The notes under the pieces were generated by a model, which saw only the letters and a list, made by a program, of their open reading frames with translations, made no database searches and was not told the origin of the DNA. This document shows, piece by piece, positions 22,991 to 36,067 of a stretch of 64,000 nt of DNA. Within the stretch, counting starts at the first letter, position 1; the number at the start of each line of letters is the position of its first letter. Location: the NCBI GenBank assembly GCA_963829055.1, contig CAWHHI010000012.1, positions 128,001 through 192,000 on the forward strand, in the 5' to 3' direction. Both the position numbers and the translations under genes were made by a program. Source of the DNA: an uncultured Gemmatimonadaceae bacterium (GTDB taxonomy: Bacteria > Gemmatimonadota > Gemmatimonadetes > Gemmatimonadales > Gemmatimonadaceae).

Positions 22991-23157
22991 GGGGACTGGG
23001 GACTGGGGACTGGGGACTCGGACTCGCGTCGCGGGACCGGAAGCATAACGCGGTGCCGCCGCGCACCGGCGTTCGAGCGCGCGCGTGCCCGGCTGTCCCT
23101 GTTCGCCGTTCCCGGTTCCCCAGTCCCCAGTCCCCAGTCCCCACAGTTCAGTCCCCT
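22991..23157. repeat. Inverted heptamer-repeat element (GGGGACT)4 ... (CCCCAGT)3
   Basis: Read directly from the sequence. Confidence 0.85.
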
Positions 23158-23237
23158 AACACCGCGGTCAGCCAGAAATTTGGTACGGTGGTTGCTTTAC
23201 TCACGAGGTGTAAACCCACCCCTCGGGAGGAGCAGAT

Positions 23238-23501
23238 ATGACCATTCTCGCTTGGATCGTGCTTGGACTCGTGGCTGGCGCCATCGCCAAAGCACTGATG
23301 CCGGGTCGTGACCCTGGCGGGATCATCGTCACGATGTTGATCGGAATCGTCGGCGCGTTCCTCGGTGGTTTCCTTGGCAACATGATCACCGGCTCGGGCC
23401 TGAACGGCTTCTCGCTGTGGAGCATCGTCCTCGCTGTCGTCGGCGCGATGTTGCTACTTTGGATCTACCGCATGACCACACGCACGCGGACCACAGTCTG
23501 A
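23238..23501 (+). CDS. GlsB/YeaQ/YmgE family (transglycosylase-associated) membrane protein
   Basis: WIVLGLVAGAIAKALMPG...GIVGAFLGG; GGAGGAG RBS. Confidence 0.9.
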   Translation: MTILAWIVLGLVAGAIAKALMPGRDPGGIIVTMLIGIVGAFLGGFLGNMITGSGLNGFSLWSIVLAVVGAMLLLWIYRMTTRTRTTV

Positions 23502-23571
23502 CGATTCGACCGTTGAGCCCCGAGCGCCTGCACACGGGACGCTCGGGGCTCGACGTTGTCCAGGAGATGCG

Positions 23572-23835
23572 TTGCCCCTCTGGCTCTATTGGGTCCTGCT
23601 GGGACTGCTGGCAGGCTCGCTCGCCAAGTTTCTCGTGCCTGGCCGCGACCCGTCCGGCTGTATCGTTACGGTCGTCCTCGGCATCGCCGGTGCGTTCATC
23701 GGTGGGTTGCTCGCGAGTGCACTCGGCTGGGGCCACGTGACCGCCGGTGACCTGGACTTTCGCTCGCTCGGCACTGCGACTCTCGGAGCGATCGTCGTGC
23801 TCCTCGTCGGCCGTCTCCTCCGTCGCCTTCGGTAG
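23572..23835 (+). CDS. GlsB/YeaQ/YmgE family membrane protein, second paralog
   Basis: WVLLGLLAGSLAKFLVPGRDP...GIAGAFIGG; AGGAG RBS. Confidence 0.88.
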   Translation: MPLWLYWVLLGLLAGSLAKFLVPGRDPSGCIVTVVLGIAGAFIGGLLASALGWGHVTAGDLDFRSLGTATLGAIVVLLVGRLLRRLR

Positions 23836-23903
23836 ACCGACAATCGCCGCGACATTCACGCCGCCGGTGTTTCTTCGCCCCACCCGGAATTAGCTTTCGC
23901 GCG

Positions 23904-26782
<2,879 letters not shown>

Positions 26783-26804
26783 CGGTCATCCGAGCCGTGG
26801 AGCG

Positions 26805-27671
26805 TTAGGCGTTAGGCGTGATCGAGGCGGCGCGCGCGACATCCCGTCGGCGCTCCTGGATGCGGCGCACGATGCGCGTCATTCGCCGCCGGGACAGCAG
26901 CCGATTGACCACCACGACGGCCTTGTTGCGGATCCCGGGCACGACGACGCGCTGGCCGTTGCTCGCACCGCGGTAGCCGGCTTCGGCCACTTCCCGTGAC
27001 GTCATGAGCGGCGCGCCACCCGACGGCGCGTTCGGGTGAATGCCCGCCCGTCCATGAAATTCCGTCACGGTGGGCCCCGGGCAGAGCGCGGTGACGGTCA
27101 CGCCGGTGCCGGCGGCTTCTTCGGCCAGCGCTTCGGAGAACGACTGCACGTAGGCCTTCGATGCGTAGTAGACCGCCATGATCGGGCCGGGCTGAAACGC
27201 CGCCACGGAAGACACGTTCAGAATGCGACCGCGACGGCGCGCGAGCATCCCGGGCAGCACCATCTTCGTCAGGTGCGTCAGGGCGGCGATGTTCACCTCG
27301 ACGATTTCGAGCTCTCGCTCGATGTCCGTCTCGTGGAAGAAGCCGTGTGTCCCGATGCCGGCGTTGTTCACGAGCGCGTCGATGCGGTCATCAAGTGCCC
27401 GAATCCGCGCTGCCACGTGCTCGCGATCGAGGCGACGCGAGAGATCGGCCGGAAATGCGTCACACACGACGCCGTGGCGGTCGCTGAGCGACCGCGCTAC
27501 CGATTCGAGTGCGTCACGGCGCCGGGCGATGAGCAACAGATCGTGCCCGTCGCGGGCGAACAGGTCCGCGAAATCAACCCCGAGTCCGCTCGACGCACCC
27601 GTGATGATCGCCACGGGCCGGCGCTCGCCGCTTCGCGCAGGCGCAACCGCCAATGTAGGAAGAGCAGTCAC
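26805..27671 (-). CDS. Short-chain dehydrogenase/reductase
   Basis: TGASSGLG, VNNAG and YYASK motifs. Confidence 0.92.
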   Translation of the reverse strand: MTALPTLAVAPARSGERRPVAIITGASSGLGVDFADLFARDGHDLLLIARRRDALESVARSLSDRHGVVCDAFPADLSRRLDREHVAARIRALDDRIDALVNNAGIGTHGFFHETDIERELEIVEVNIAALTHLTKMVLPGMLARRRGRILNVSSVAAFQPGPIMAVYYASKAYVQSFSEALAEEAAGTGVTVTALCPGPTVTEFHGRAGIHPNAPSGGAPLMTSREVAEAGYRGASNGQRVVVPGIRNKAVVVVNRLLSRRRMTRIVRRIQERRRDVARAASITPNA

Positions 27672-27691
27672 GATTCGAGTTCTCCGCTCGC

Positions 27692-27720
27692 TTGACCACG
27701 TTCGGTAGCTCTTCTACCTT
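27692..27720 (+). promoter_or_regulatory. Sigma70-type promoter of tRNA-Asn
   Basis: TTGACC-N17-TACCTT ending 10 nt before the tRNA. Confidence 0.6.
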
Positions 27721-27730
27721 TCGGGCTCAT

Positions 27731-27803
27731 TCCCGAGTAGCTCAGGTGGTAGAGCAGGTGACTGTTAATCACCGTGTCGGGGGTTCGAGTCCCTCCTCGG
27801 GAG
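27731..27803 (+). tRNA. tRNA-Asn(GTT)
   Basis: Cloverleaf: TCCCGAG/CTCGGGA acceptor, GGTGA-CTGTTAA-TCACC anticodon arm, GGTTCGAGT T-loop; CCA not encoded. Confidence 0.95.
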
Positions 27804-27845
27804 CTCACGACGGCACGACGTTAGGTTACGAAGGTTCCGAACGGC

Positions 27846-27883
27846 AACGCGGGGGCGTCGAAAGACGCCCCCGCGTTTTGTTT
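27846..27883 (+). terminator. Intrinsic terminator after tRNA-Asn
   Basis: AACGCGGGGGCGTC-GAAA-GACGCCCCCGCGTT followed by a T-rich tail. Confidence 0.85.
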
Positions 27884-27911
27884 GGGTTCCAACCACGGCG
27901 CCCTGCGACCG

Positions 27912-29861
27912 CTACTGGGCGTCGGGCGCGACCGCACGCAGGATGTCTCTGAACCGTGGCTCACCGCGGATCGGGTCGAACCCGGGATCCTTGAGCGCCG
28001 CGGCCAGCGTACCGTCGTCGCGCGTACGCAGCAGCGCGTTCAGCGCCCGCTTCGAGTCGCCGGCGGCAACATAGGCGAGCGCCAGCTGGCTTCCCTGCTT
28101 CGCCGAGAACGGAACCTTGGGCGACACGCGCTTCACGAGCTGCGCGAGCCGCGCCTGCGCCGCGCGTCGTTCACCCACACGCGCCTCGAACGACGCGATC
28201 AGCGTCTGAGCCTGCCACGTATCTCCGAGCCGCTCTGCGACCTCGGCGTCCGCCCAGGCGGCGCGTAGATCGCCACGCGCGGCGTTCGCGCGAGCACGGA
28301 GCGCGTACGCCTCCGGATCCGCCGGCGTCATCGCCAGCGCACTGTCGATCATCCGGCGCGCTGCGTCTGGCTGCCGCGAGCGAAGCAATGCGATGGCGGC
28401 GTTGGCGAGTGCGCTCGACCGCGGCAGCATCGTGCGCTCGCGCGACAGCGGCGGCAACGGATCGCCGGCGATGAGCGGTGACGATGCCAATGACCCGTTC
28501 GCCGGCGTCTCGACCGCCCGGACCGATGTGGTCGTGGTCGGCAGCGGCTGGGTCGCGGTTGCCCTACCGCTATCGCGCAGATTGGCAACCGCCGAAGCGC
28601 TCACAGACGACCCGACGGTGACATCGCGAATAGTGGTTGGACGCGGCACCGACGCGGCCTCGGCGTGCGGGATACCCCCGTCGGCGGATGGGCCACTTCG
28701 CGTCATGGCGCTCGCCTGAACCGGTGTTGGACGCCGCTCGAAGTTCGCGCCAAAGATGGCATAGAACGCGAACGCTCCTGCAAGCGCACTTCCGCCCACC
28801 AGCATGGCGGCACGCGCGGTCGACCGACGGCCGGCAGCGGCGTCGGCTAACGCGTCGGTCTCGTCGGGCGCGGGGCTGGTAACCGACGCATGATCGCCAG
28901 TGTTTCGTCGGAACGGGATCGTCGGCGCGCCTGCGGCCGGCGGCTCGGTCTCCGTTTCGCTGCTCGTGAGCAGGGCACCAGCGGCGGCACGCCGGCGCAG
29001 CATCGAGCTGGTCGGAGTGTCTATGTTGAGCTGCTCGACGAACTCCGACGCCGAGGTCCAGCGCCGCGCGGGATCCTTTTCCAGGGCACCTTCGAGCGCG
29101 AGCAGCAATCGCTGGGGCGTGTCAGGACGCAGCAGCGTCAGCGGCGCGAAATCCTGATGCTTCTGCTTGTAGATGATGCCGAACAGACTCTCGCCTTCCC
29201 ACGCGCGCTTGCCCGAGAGCATTTCCCAGCCGACGACGCCCAGGCTGTACAGATCCGCCCGACCATCCACGGCCGCGTTGTCGATCTGCTCCGGCGCCAT
29301 GTACGCAGGCGTACCGATCGCCATGCCCGTCGCTGTGACCTCGGCGTCGCCTTGTGTTGCTTTCGCGATGCCGAAATCCGACAGCAACGCAGAGCCCTTG
29401 TCCGCGTCAATGAGGATGTTGTGTGGCTTGACGTCGCGATGGATGATCCCGTTCGCGTGTGCATGCTCCAGGGCGGAACCGATGTCTCGCAGGATCTGTA
29501 CGGTCTCATCGAAGCGGAGCTTGCCGCGGCGACGAAGAATCGTGATCAGCGGCTCGCCGCGAACGTACTGCATGACGAGCGCGACGTGTCCGCCGTGCAG
29601 GCGTCGCAGCTCGTACTGATGGACGATGTTCGGATGGCGAATCCGCGCCATGAGCCGTGCCTCGCGCTCGAAGCGTGAGAGCGCATCAGCATCGGCAATG
29701 AACTTCGACGAGATGACCTTGATCGCGACGTCGTGCCCGGCGGTGCGATGACGCGCCAGGAACACGGCGCCCATGCCACCTTTTCCCAGCTCGCGCTTGA
29801 CGATGTAGTCGCGCTCGAGTTCGGAAAGGTCGACGCTGGGATCTGGGCGAGTTGCGGTCAT
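27912..29861 (-). CDS. Hanks-type Ser/Thr kinase with TM helix and TPR-like C-terminus
   Basis: LGKGGMGAV, VAIK, HRDVKPHN, DFG, GTPAYMAPE and DLYSLG motifs. Confidence 0.93.
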   Translation of the reverse strand: MTATRPDPSVDLSELERDYIVKRELGKGGMGAVFLARHRTAGHDVAIKVISSKFIADADALSRFEREARLMARIRHPNIVHQYELRRLHGGHVALVMQYVRGEPLITILRRRGKLRFDETVQILRDIGSALEHAHANGIIHRDVKPHNILIDADKGSALLSDFGIAKATQGDAEVTATGMAIGTPAYMAPEQIDNAAVDGRADLYSLGVVGWEMLSGKRAWEGESLFGIIYKQKHQDFAPLTLLRPDTPQRLLLALEGALEKDPARRWTSASEFVEQLNIDTPTSSMLRRRAAAGALLTSSETETEPPAAGAPTIPFRRNTGDHASVTSPAPDETDALADAAAGRRSTARAAMLVGGSALAGAFAFYAIFGANFERRPTPVQASAMTRSGPSADGGIPHAEAASVPRPTTIRDVTVGSSVSASAVANLRDSGRATATQPLPTTTTSVRAVETPANGSLASSPLIAGDPLPPLSRERTMLPRSSALANAAIALLRSRQPDAARRMIDSALAMTPADPEAYALRARANAARGDLRAAWADAEVAERLGDTWQAQTLIASFEARVGERRAAQARLAQLVKRVSPKVPFSAKQGSQLALAYVAAGDSKRALNALLRTRDDGTLAAALKDPGFDPIRGEPRFRDILRAVAPDAQ

Positions 29862-30011
29862 GAAGTGGACGAGCTGGTGTATTAACTCCAGCTAAAAGAC
29901 CGCCTGCGGCGGTTCAAAGCAACTCACGGGCACCAATGTAAGCGCAAGCACACAAAACCGCCTCGGCGAGTTTGTCCCGCCGAGGTGGGCATAACGTCTC
30001 TCATATCGACC

Positions 30012-30377
30012 CTAGGTGCTAGCCCGGTGGGCAGCGGGCCCCATCCGAAGGTCTAACGCCCGTTCGCTCGACGGACCGTCGGACCCATAGTATCCGTCGA
30101 TGAACCAACGGACGACCCGGTCGGTCAGATCGTTGGCCGCTCTGTAACTGATACGGGCCGCTGCTGCGTCGATGATAGCCCGCTTGAGCGACACAATCAC
30201 CATTTCCGGCGTACGACGCTCCGCTTTCGCGTTCCGAACGTAGTCCAGAACGGCGTGGCGAAGGTCGTCGTCACCTCGAGTCGGCTCCGCGAATGAAAGC
30301 GCGAAGAGCTGCTGCAGATCTTCCTTCCCACCCGAGGCCAATTGCACCTGAGATTCTGCGGATCGGCTCATTCTCAT
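30012..30377 (-). CDS. Hypothetical helical protein
   Basis: Single sensible ORF (LRHAVLDYVRNAKAERRTPEMVIVSLK...VVRWFIDGYY); start uncertain. Confidence 0.6.
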   Translation of the reverse strand: MRMSRSAESQVQLASGGKEDLQQLFALSFAEPTRGDDDLRHAVLDYVRNAKAERRTPEMVIVSLKRAIIDAAAARISYRAANDLTDRVVRWFIDGYYGSDGPSSERALDLRMGPAAHRAST

Positions 30378-30626
30378 CCTATTCGCTAGATCGGGAGCGA
30401 TGAGGCCGCGACGCAACAGCGCCGGAGCTACAACTCGAATCCACGTTTCAGGAATCCGTCGCGCAAACCAATGCCAGAGGCTCTAAACGCGAGCGTCCGA
30501 CGAACTCGCAGGCCCACAAGAACCGGTCGGCCAAAGCTCTGCAAGATTCATGTTCGACGGTAGGGTTGGCCGCGACCACCATCACCAATCACCACCGGCG
30601 CCACGAATCTCATAACGAAGATACGC

Positions 30627-31130
30627 TCACCCGGCGAAATCCCGAAGCCTTCCCGGGGGAATGGACCATCTCAAAACTCCGACACCCTTCTCCGGTTTGC
30701 CCTCGAATTCGATCATACTGGCGCCGCCCTTCTTGAGTTCCACTCCCGCGTGGTCGACACCCGATATCAGGTAGGTCACGAGACGTCCCAGCTGCGGCTC
30801 ATGACCGACGATTGCGACGACGCCAGCCCTGTATTTCGCCATCCAGGCGACGACGTCGTCGAGCGCGACATCCGGCTGCAACGCCTCGGCCGACTCGATG
30901 CAGGCGATCTCGTACTCCCGCCGCAGGATCTCGGCGGTCTCGTTCGCGCGTGTGAGCGGGCTGCTGACCAGCACGTCGATCGCCGGCACGATGTGATGCA
31001 GGCCACGCGCAGCGCGACGCATCTTCCGCGCGCCTTCGGCCGTGAGCGGACGTTCTGCGTCGCTCTGGCCGCTGGCGGCAAACACGTCCCGGTCTTCGGC
31101 AATCGCGTGGCGGATGACGAGCAGCTGCAT
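30627..31130 (-). CDS. sixA: Phosphohistidine phosphatase SixA family
   Basis: IRHAIA, RPLT, SSPLTRANETA and VGHEP motifs. Confidence 0.88.
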   Translation of the reverse strand: MQLLVIRHAIAEDRDVFAASGQSDAERPLTAEGARKMRRAARGLHHIVPAIDVLVSSPLTRANETAEILRREYEIACIESAEALQPDVALDDVVAWMAKYRAGVVAIVGHEPQLGRLVTYLISGVDHAGVELKKGGASMIEFEGKPEKGVGVLRWSIPPGRLRDFAG

Positions 31131-31141
31131 CGACCGATCCG

Positions 31142-31930
31142 TTAGGGTTTCTTTTCGGTGAGCGCCTTGATCGCAGCCGGCATCTGGAACGTCGTCGAGT
31201 CGGCGACGTCGTAATCGACCGCGTTGATGTGAATCACCTGCTCCTGTCCCATCGCCTGCTGCGTTAGGCGCGTGGCGATCTTCTGCCCACCGAATTCCTT
31301 GTAGTCGCTGAGCAGGTTCGTCACCTCCATGGTGCCCATCGCCGTCTCCTGCTTGCCGACGGACGCGACAAGCAGGCCACTCGCGACGCTGTAGCAGTCG
31401 AACGACTCGCGACCGGACTTCCAGACGACCTTCACCTTGTAGCAGGCCTCGCCATTCATCTCCGTCTTCTCGACCGTCTCGGCCGACACGACGTTAGGCC
31501 CCTGACGCGAGGATGATCCGAAGCTGGACTCCTCACGGAGGGCATCGAGCTCCTTGCCGGACTTGATTCTCGGCCCCTGCATGGGGTTGATCGACCAGGC
31601 CGTCGTGCCGTCGTAGCCTTCCTCGAGCTGCCCGATCCCGGGTAGGTCGATGTGCATCATTGTCTTGTTCGGACGAGCCTGCACGATCTCCATGTCGCCG
31701 GACATTCCCGCGGCGGGCATCTCGAACTTGCCCTTCGTCCGCATGGACGAGTGCTTCGCCAGCACAGCAGGCGCATTCGTGGCGGTCACGAACTTGGCAA
31801 TCAGTTCCTTGGCCGGTGGTAGCCCGGCGGCGGGCGCCTGCCCCCCAGCGCTGGCGACGGCGATCATCGTTAGGCCCATGGCGGCCGCGGCCTGTCGGCG
31901 CAGCCGTCGATCGATTGTGCTGATGTACAT
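31142..31930 (-). CDS. Secreted LolA-like beta-sheet protein
   Basis: Signal peptide; GYDGTTAWSINPMQGP; SDYKEFGG; AGGGAG RBS. Confidence 0.7.
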   Translation of the reverse strand: MYISTIDRRLRRQAAAAMGLTMIAVASAGGQAPAAGLPPAKELIAKFVTATNAPAVLAKHSSMRTKGKFEMPAAGMSGDMEIVQARPNKTMMHIDLPGIGQLEEGYDGTTAWSINPMQGPRIKSGKELDALREESSFGSSSRQGPNVVSAETVEKTEMNGEACYKVKVVWKSGRESFDCYSVASGLLVASVGKQETAMGTMEVTNLLSDYKEFGGQKIATRLTQQAMGQEQVIHINAVDYDVADSTTFQMPAAIKALTEKKP

Positions 31931-32051
31931 GTGACGCTCCCTGGAGCTGATAGAGACGACAGACGTGCGCTCGAGCAGCGCAGCCGGAAATATGGTCGAC
32001 GGCACGTGTGGTGGCGTGAGACGTACTACGTGCGACATGGATCAGGAACTG

Positions 32052-33449
32052 TCAGGGCGAGCCTTGCCGAGCTCGCTCGATCCACAGCAAAGCGGCGCTG
32101 AGCGGTGCATCGCGACCCGCCGACAGGTCCGCTCGGTTCAACGGAACGAGTTCATCGGGCCGCACGCCAGTACCCTCGATACGTGACCCGTCCGCGGCCA
32201 CGAAATCGGCGATGACGTGCATGAGGACATCGCCATTCGGCAGGCGCGTCGCCATGGCTGGTAGTGCCTGCCCCGCGGTGCGTTCCCCGAAGACGCGCGC
32301 GCGTCCGAGCGCCTGCAACGCCGCGCTGAACATCTCCGTGGTGCTCGCGGACATTCCGTCGACGAGAATCGCGAGTGGCCGGCTGTAGGGTTCCACCGCA
32401 ACGCCGGCTTCCGTTGCGCGACGAGGGTTCGCGACGAATCGCATCTCGTCGCCGCGTGTCCTCATCGTGCCCAGCGTGAGCGGCTCACCAAGGAAGTGGC
32501 CGGCCGCACCCATCATCATCCCGGCCACACCGCCCGGATTTCCACGAAGGTCGAGCACGATGCCGGCGCAGTCGCGAGAGGCTTGCACCGCTCGATCGAA
32601 CGCTGGCATGACCGGTGGCAGCCAGTAATCGAAGCGGATGACGCCGACGCATCGTCCGTCGGACAACGTACGACGACTCGCGTCGAACGCGGTGGCGAGC
32701 GGCGGCAGATTCCCGAATCGAACGAGAGGACCGCGCAGCGAATCCCGCGCGAACGTGACGTCGCGTGTCACGCCGGCACCATCGTGCGCGATCACGCGCA
32801 CCGGAGTGCCTGGTGCTCCGCGAAGGACGTGCATTGCCCCGACGATGGCCGACAACCGTTGTGCCGGGAGCGTGTCCGCGTCGCCTAACGCTGCAATGGG
32901 ATGGTCGTCGATGCGCTCGACGATCCATCCGGGCGCCACGCCAGCACGCCGCGCTGCTCCGGCGCTATCGACGCGCCACACGACCACGCGCTGATCGACG
33001 ACCCGCAGCGCGAGACCCGACGAGCCTAACGACTCGTCGGCCGTCGCCTCGCTCGCACCCGCCGGCACCGATTGCGCAGGCAGCACTGAGAAGTGCGATT
33101 CGCCAATGCGGCTGAGCATGTCGGTAATGACCGTGCGCAGTGCGCTGTCCGTTGCGGCATGTACGGCACGCGGACGCAGTTCACGGCCAACGGCTGGCCA
33201 GTCGACACGCGTCACGCCGCGGTATTCGAGTGAGCTTCCTACGGTTCGCCACACGGAATCGAACGTAGCAGTTGCGAGCGCGGAGTCGAACGGCGCCCGA
33301 GATCCGGTATCGGAGTCTATGGCGAGGCGCGTCGGCGCCCTCAGTGCCGGGGCATGGCCGTCGGCGCTTCCTGTCTCGACAGGCGCGAGCCACGTGCTCG
33401 CGAATAGCACGACGGGTGCGACGATCGAAGCGCGGACGAAAGCGTACAT
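32052..33449 (-). CDS. S41 family peptidase with PDZ domain
   Basis: LDLRGNPGG, SASTTE, GERTAG and IEGTGVRPD motifs; signal peptide. Confidence 0.88.
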   Translation of the reverse strand: MYAFVRASIVAPVVLFASTWLAPVETGSADGHAPALRAPTRLAIDSDTGSRAPFDSALATATFDSVWRTVGSSLEYRGVTRVDWPAVGRELRPRAVHAATDSALRTVITDMLSRIGESHFSVLPAQSVPAGASEATADESLGSSGLALRVVDQRVVVWRVDSAGAARRAGVAPGWIVERIDDHPIAALGDADTLPAQRLSAIVGAMHVLRGAPGTPVRVIAHDGAGVTRDVTFARDSLRGPLVRFGNLPPLATAFDASRRTLSDGRCVGVIRFDYWLPPVMPAFDRAVQASRDCAGIVLDLRGNPGGVAGMMMGAAGHFLGEPLTLGTMRTRGDEMRFVANPRRATEAGVAVEPYSRPLAILVDGMSASTTEMFSAALQALGRARVFGERTAGQALPAMATRLPNGDVLMHVIADFVAADGSRIEGTGVRPDELVPLNRADLSAGRDAPLSAALLWIERARQGSP

Positions 33450-33709
33450 TGCGAACCGCCGAGGAAATGCCCGAGAGGGACAGGTGGAGTGCGACGAACA
33501 CAGGGCATCGTCTCAGCAGCCGTCAGCAGTGAAGACGAGCAACCGGTCGTGTCGTTCACGCAGCGCGCACCATTTTGGCACACAGGGCGCGAATTGTGCT
33601 CTCGCTCACCAGCCGACGCGTGACAGGCGCCCTCGCGCGCGCGTCCAATCCCTGACCGGCGCTGCCTCCGTCACTTGCGCCGTGTCGGCCGCCACAATTA
33701 GAACACATC

Positions 33710-34252
33710 ATGCAAAGCACCCGACGTTCATTCGCCGCCCTGCTCGCGGCGGTCATCCTTGCCGTGCCCTGCACGTCCGCTCGCGCGCAGACCCTTCAGC
33801 CGGGCACGCGCGTCCGCGTGCAGTCATCCCAGGTCGTTGCGCCGATCATCGGCAGTTACCAAGGGATGCGGCGTGATACGCTGGTCGTGATCGAAGACGG
33901 CGCCGGCGCACAGGTATGGACGTTCACCAGCTCGGCGGTCGACCGCCTGGAAATCAGCGCTGGAATGAAAGGCCGGAATCGCAAGCCGACGGCGCGCTGG
34001 GCGCTCATAGGTGCCGGCATCGGGGGGGCTGCCGGTTGGCTTACGGCGGTGATCCTGGAAAACGCCAGCAGCAATCAGGAATACAACGACGTCCTCAGCG
34101 CCTTGATCGGCGCCGGCGCGGGCGCTGCATTCGGTGCCGTGTATGGCTCTCACAAGCTGGAGGAGCATTGGACGCCGGTACCGATGCCTGCTCGTGTGGG
34201 AATCCTGCCGACCAGGAACGGCATCAGGTTCTCACTGTCTGCCTCGTTCTGA
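33710..34252 (+). CDS. Hypothetical exported protein with glycine-zipper helices
   Basis: Signal peptide; GAGIGGAAG and GAGAGAAFGA repeats; C-terminal Phe. Confidence 0.7.
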   Translation: MQSTRRSFAALLAAVILAVPCTSARAQTLQPGTRVRVQSSQVVAPIIGSYQGMRRDTLVVIEDGAGAQVWTFTSSAVDRLEISAGMKGRNRKPTARWALIGAGIGGAAGWLTAVILENASSNQEYNDVLSALIGAGAGAAFGAVYGSHKLEEHWTPVPMPARVGILPTRNGIRFSLSASF

Positions 34253-34399
34253 AGGGCGCGGCCGCGCGGCATCGCGTCCGGCTCACTGATCCCTTCCCCC
34301 CGTTAGTAGCTTGTTCTCGGCGCGGCCATCCGTCGCGCATCGGCGGCGCCATCCAGTGCGCCGCCTGCCGCCCTCAACCGCCGAGCAATCCTGACGTCT

Positions 34400-34885
34400 A
34401 TGCCAGCGCCACTGATTGGCGTGATCATGGGGAGTAAGAGCGACTACGAGCATCTCGCGCCTGCGTGCGCGGTGCTCGATGAGTTGCAGGTGCCTTACGA
34501 GGCACGAGTCGTGTCGGCCCACCGAACTCCAGACTGGATGTTCGAATACGCGTCCACCGCCGAACAACGCGGTCTGCTCGTGATCGTCGCGGCAGCGGGC
34601 GGTGCGGCGCACCTTCCCGGCATGGTCGCGGCAAAGACCCTGGTGCCAGTGCTCGGCGTCCCGGTCCCCGCGACAATGCTGAACGGCATCGACGCGCTGC
34701 TCTCGATCGTGCAGATGCCCGCCGGTGTCCCAGTCGGTACGCTGGCGATTGGTAAGCCGGGCGCGACCAACGCCGCCATCCTGGCCGCCGAGATCGTGGC
34801 GATCCGGCACCCCGAGGTGCGGGAGCGCTTGCGTGCGTGGCGCGACCGCCGGCGCGACGACGTCATGGGACAGCAACTGCCGTAA
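34400..34885 (+). CDS. purE: N5-CAIR mutase
   Basis: IMGSKSD, VSAHRTP, AGGAAHLPG and SIVQMP motifs. Confidence 0.96.
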   Translation: MPAPLIGVIMGSKSDYEHLAPACAVLDELQVPYEARVVSAHRTPDWMFEYASTAEQRGLLVIVAAAGGAAHLPGMVAAKTLVPVLGVPVPATMLNGIDALLSIVQMPAGVPVGTLAIGKPGATNAAILAAEIVAIRHPEVRERLRAWRDRRRDDVMGQQLP

Positions 34886-34887
34886 CG

Positions 34888-36031
34888 ATGATCGAGCCTG
34901 GCGCGACAATTGGGATTCTCGGCGGCGGCCAGCTCGGACGGATGACGGGCATGGCTGCGCGCTCGCTCGGCTACGATGTGCACGTGCTCGACCCGGACCC
35001 GAACTGCCCCGCGTCGGTGATCGCGAGCCGCACCGTCGCCGCTCGCTTCGATGATGCGGACGCCGCGGCCTCGCTTGCCGAACGGTGCGCCGTCGTGACG
35101 CTCGAGATCGAGCAGATCGGTACGGCGTCACTCGCAGCGGTCGCGGCTCTCGCGCCACTGCGTCCGAGCGGAGCCGCCGTTCACATCATTCAGGACCGCA
35201 TCCGCCAGAATCAGTGGCTCGAGGCGCAGGGGTTCCCCGTCGGCCCGTTTCGCGCGGTGTCATCGCTCGACGAGAGCATTGCGGCGTTCGAGGCACTCGG
35301 CCGCTGCATCTTCAAGTCGACGAGCGGCGGTTACGACGGGCGCGGGCAGGTGCGCGTCGCGACGGTCGACGAGGCGGCCGCCGCGTGGGAGTCGCTCGGG
35401 GACTCGCCCGTGTCTCGTCGAACAGTTTCTCGACGTGGAGATCGAGATCTCGATGCTCGTAGCCAGACGCCCTGCGGTCACTGGCGTGGCGGAACCCGAG
35501 ACCGTCCTGTTCCCGCCGTCGTTCAACTATCACAGTCAGGGCATTCTCGACTGGTCGATGCTTCCGGCGTCGGTTCCGGAGCTCGTGGCCGGGCGCGCCG
35601 ACTCGATCGCGCGCGGCATCGCGCACGCGTTAGGCATCGAGGGGCTCATCGCGGTCGAGCTGTTCCTGCTGGCGGACGGCCAGCTGCTGGTGAACGAGCT
35701 CGCGCCGCGGCCGCACAACACGTTTCACTCCACGGAGCGCGGCTGCGCGACGAGCCAGTTCGAGCAGCTGGTGCGCGCTGTCTGCGATCTTCCGCTCGGC
35801 AGCACCGAAATCGTGCGCCCGGCCGCGATCGCGAATCTGCTGGGTGATCTGTGGAACAACGGCGATCCGGACTTCGCCGCGGCGCTTCGTGTGCCGACGG
35901 TCCGGCTGCACCTCTACGGCAAAGCGTCGGCGCGACCTGGCCGCAAGATGGGCCATCTCTCGGCCGTCGGAGAGACCGCCGACGAGGCAATGGCTCGCGT
36001 GCTCCGGGCGCGAGACGCAATGCGGCGGTAG
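34888..36031 (+). CDS. purK: N5-CAIR synthase, frameshift near 35410
   Basis: GGGQLGRM, GGYDGRGQ, NELAPRPHN, SQFEQ and RPGRKMGH motifs. Confidence 0.95.
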
Positions 36032-36067
36032 CAACGCGCCGTCGCGCTGCGTCCTGTCACCGGCGCG

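Noticed and set aside
21886..23157. CRISPR array
   Set aside because: These are 7-nt tandem units without unique spacers, and no cas genes are present.
27731..34252. Genomic island integrated at tRNA-Asn
   Set aside because: No integrase and no duplicated tRNA 3' end seen; composition and GTTAGG density match the backbone.
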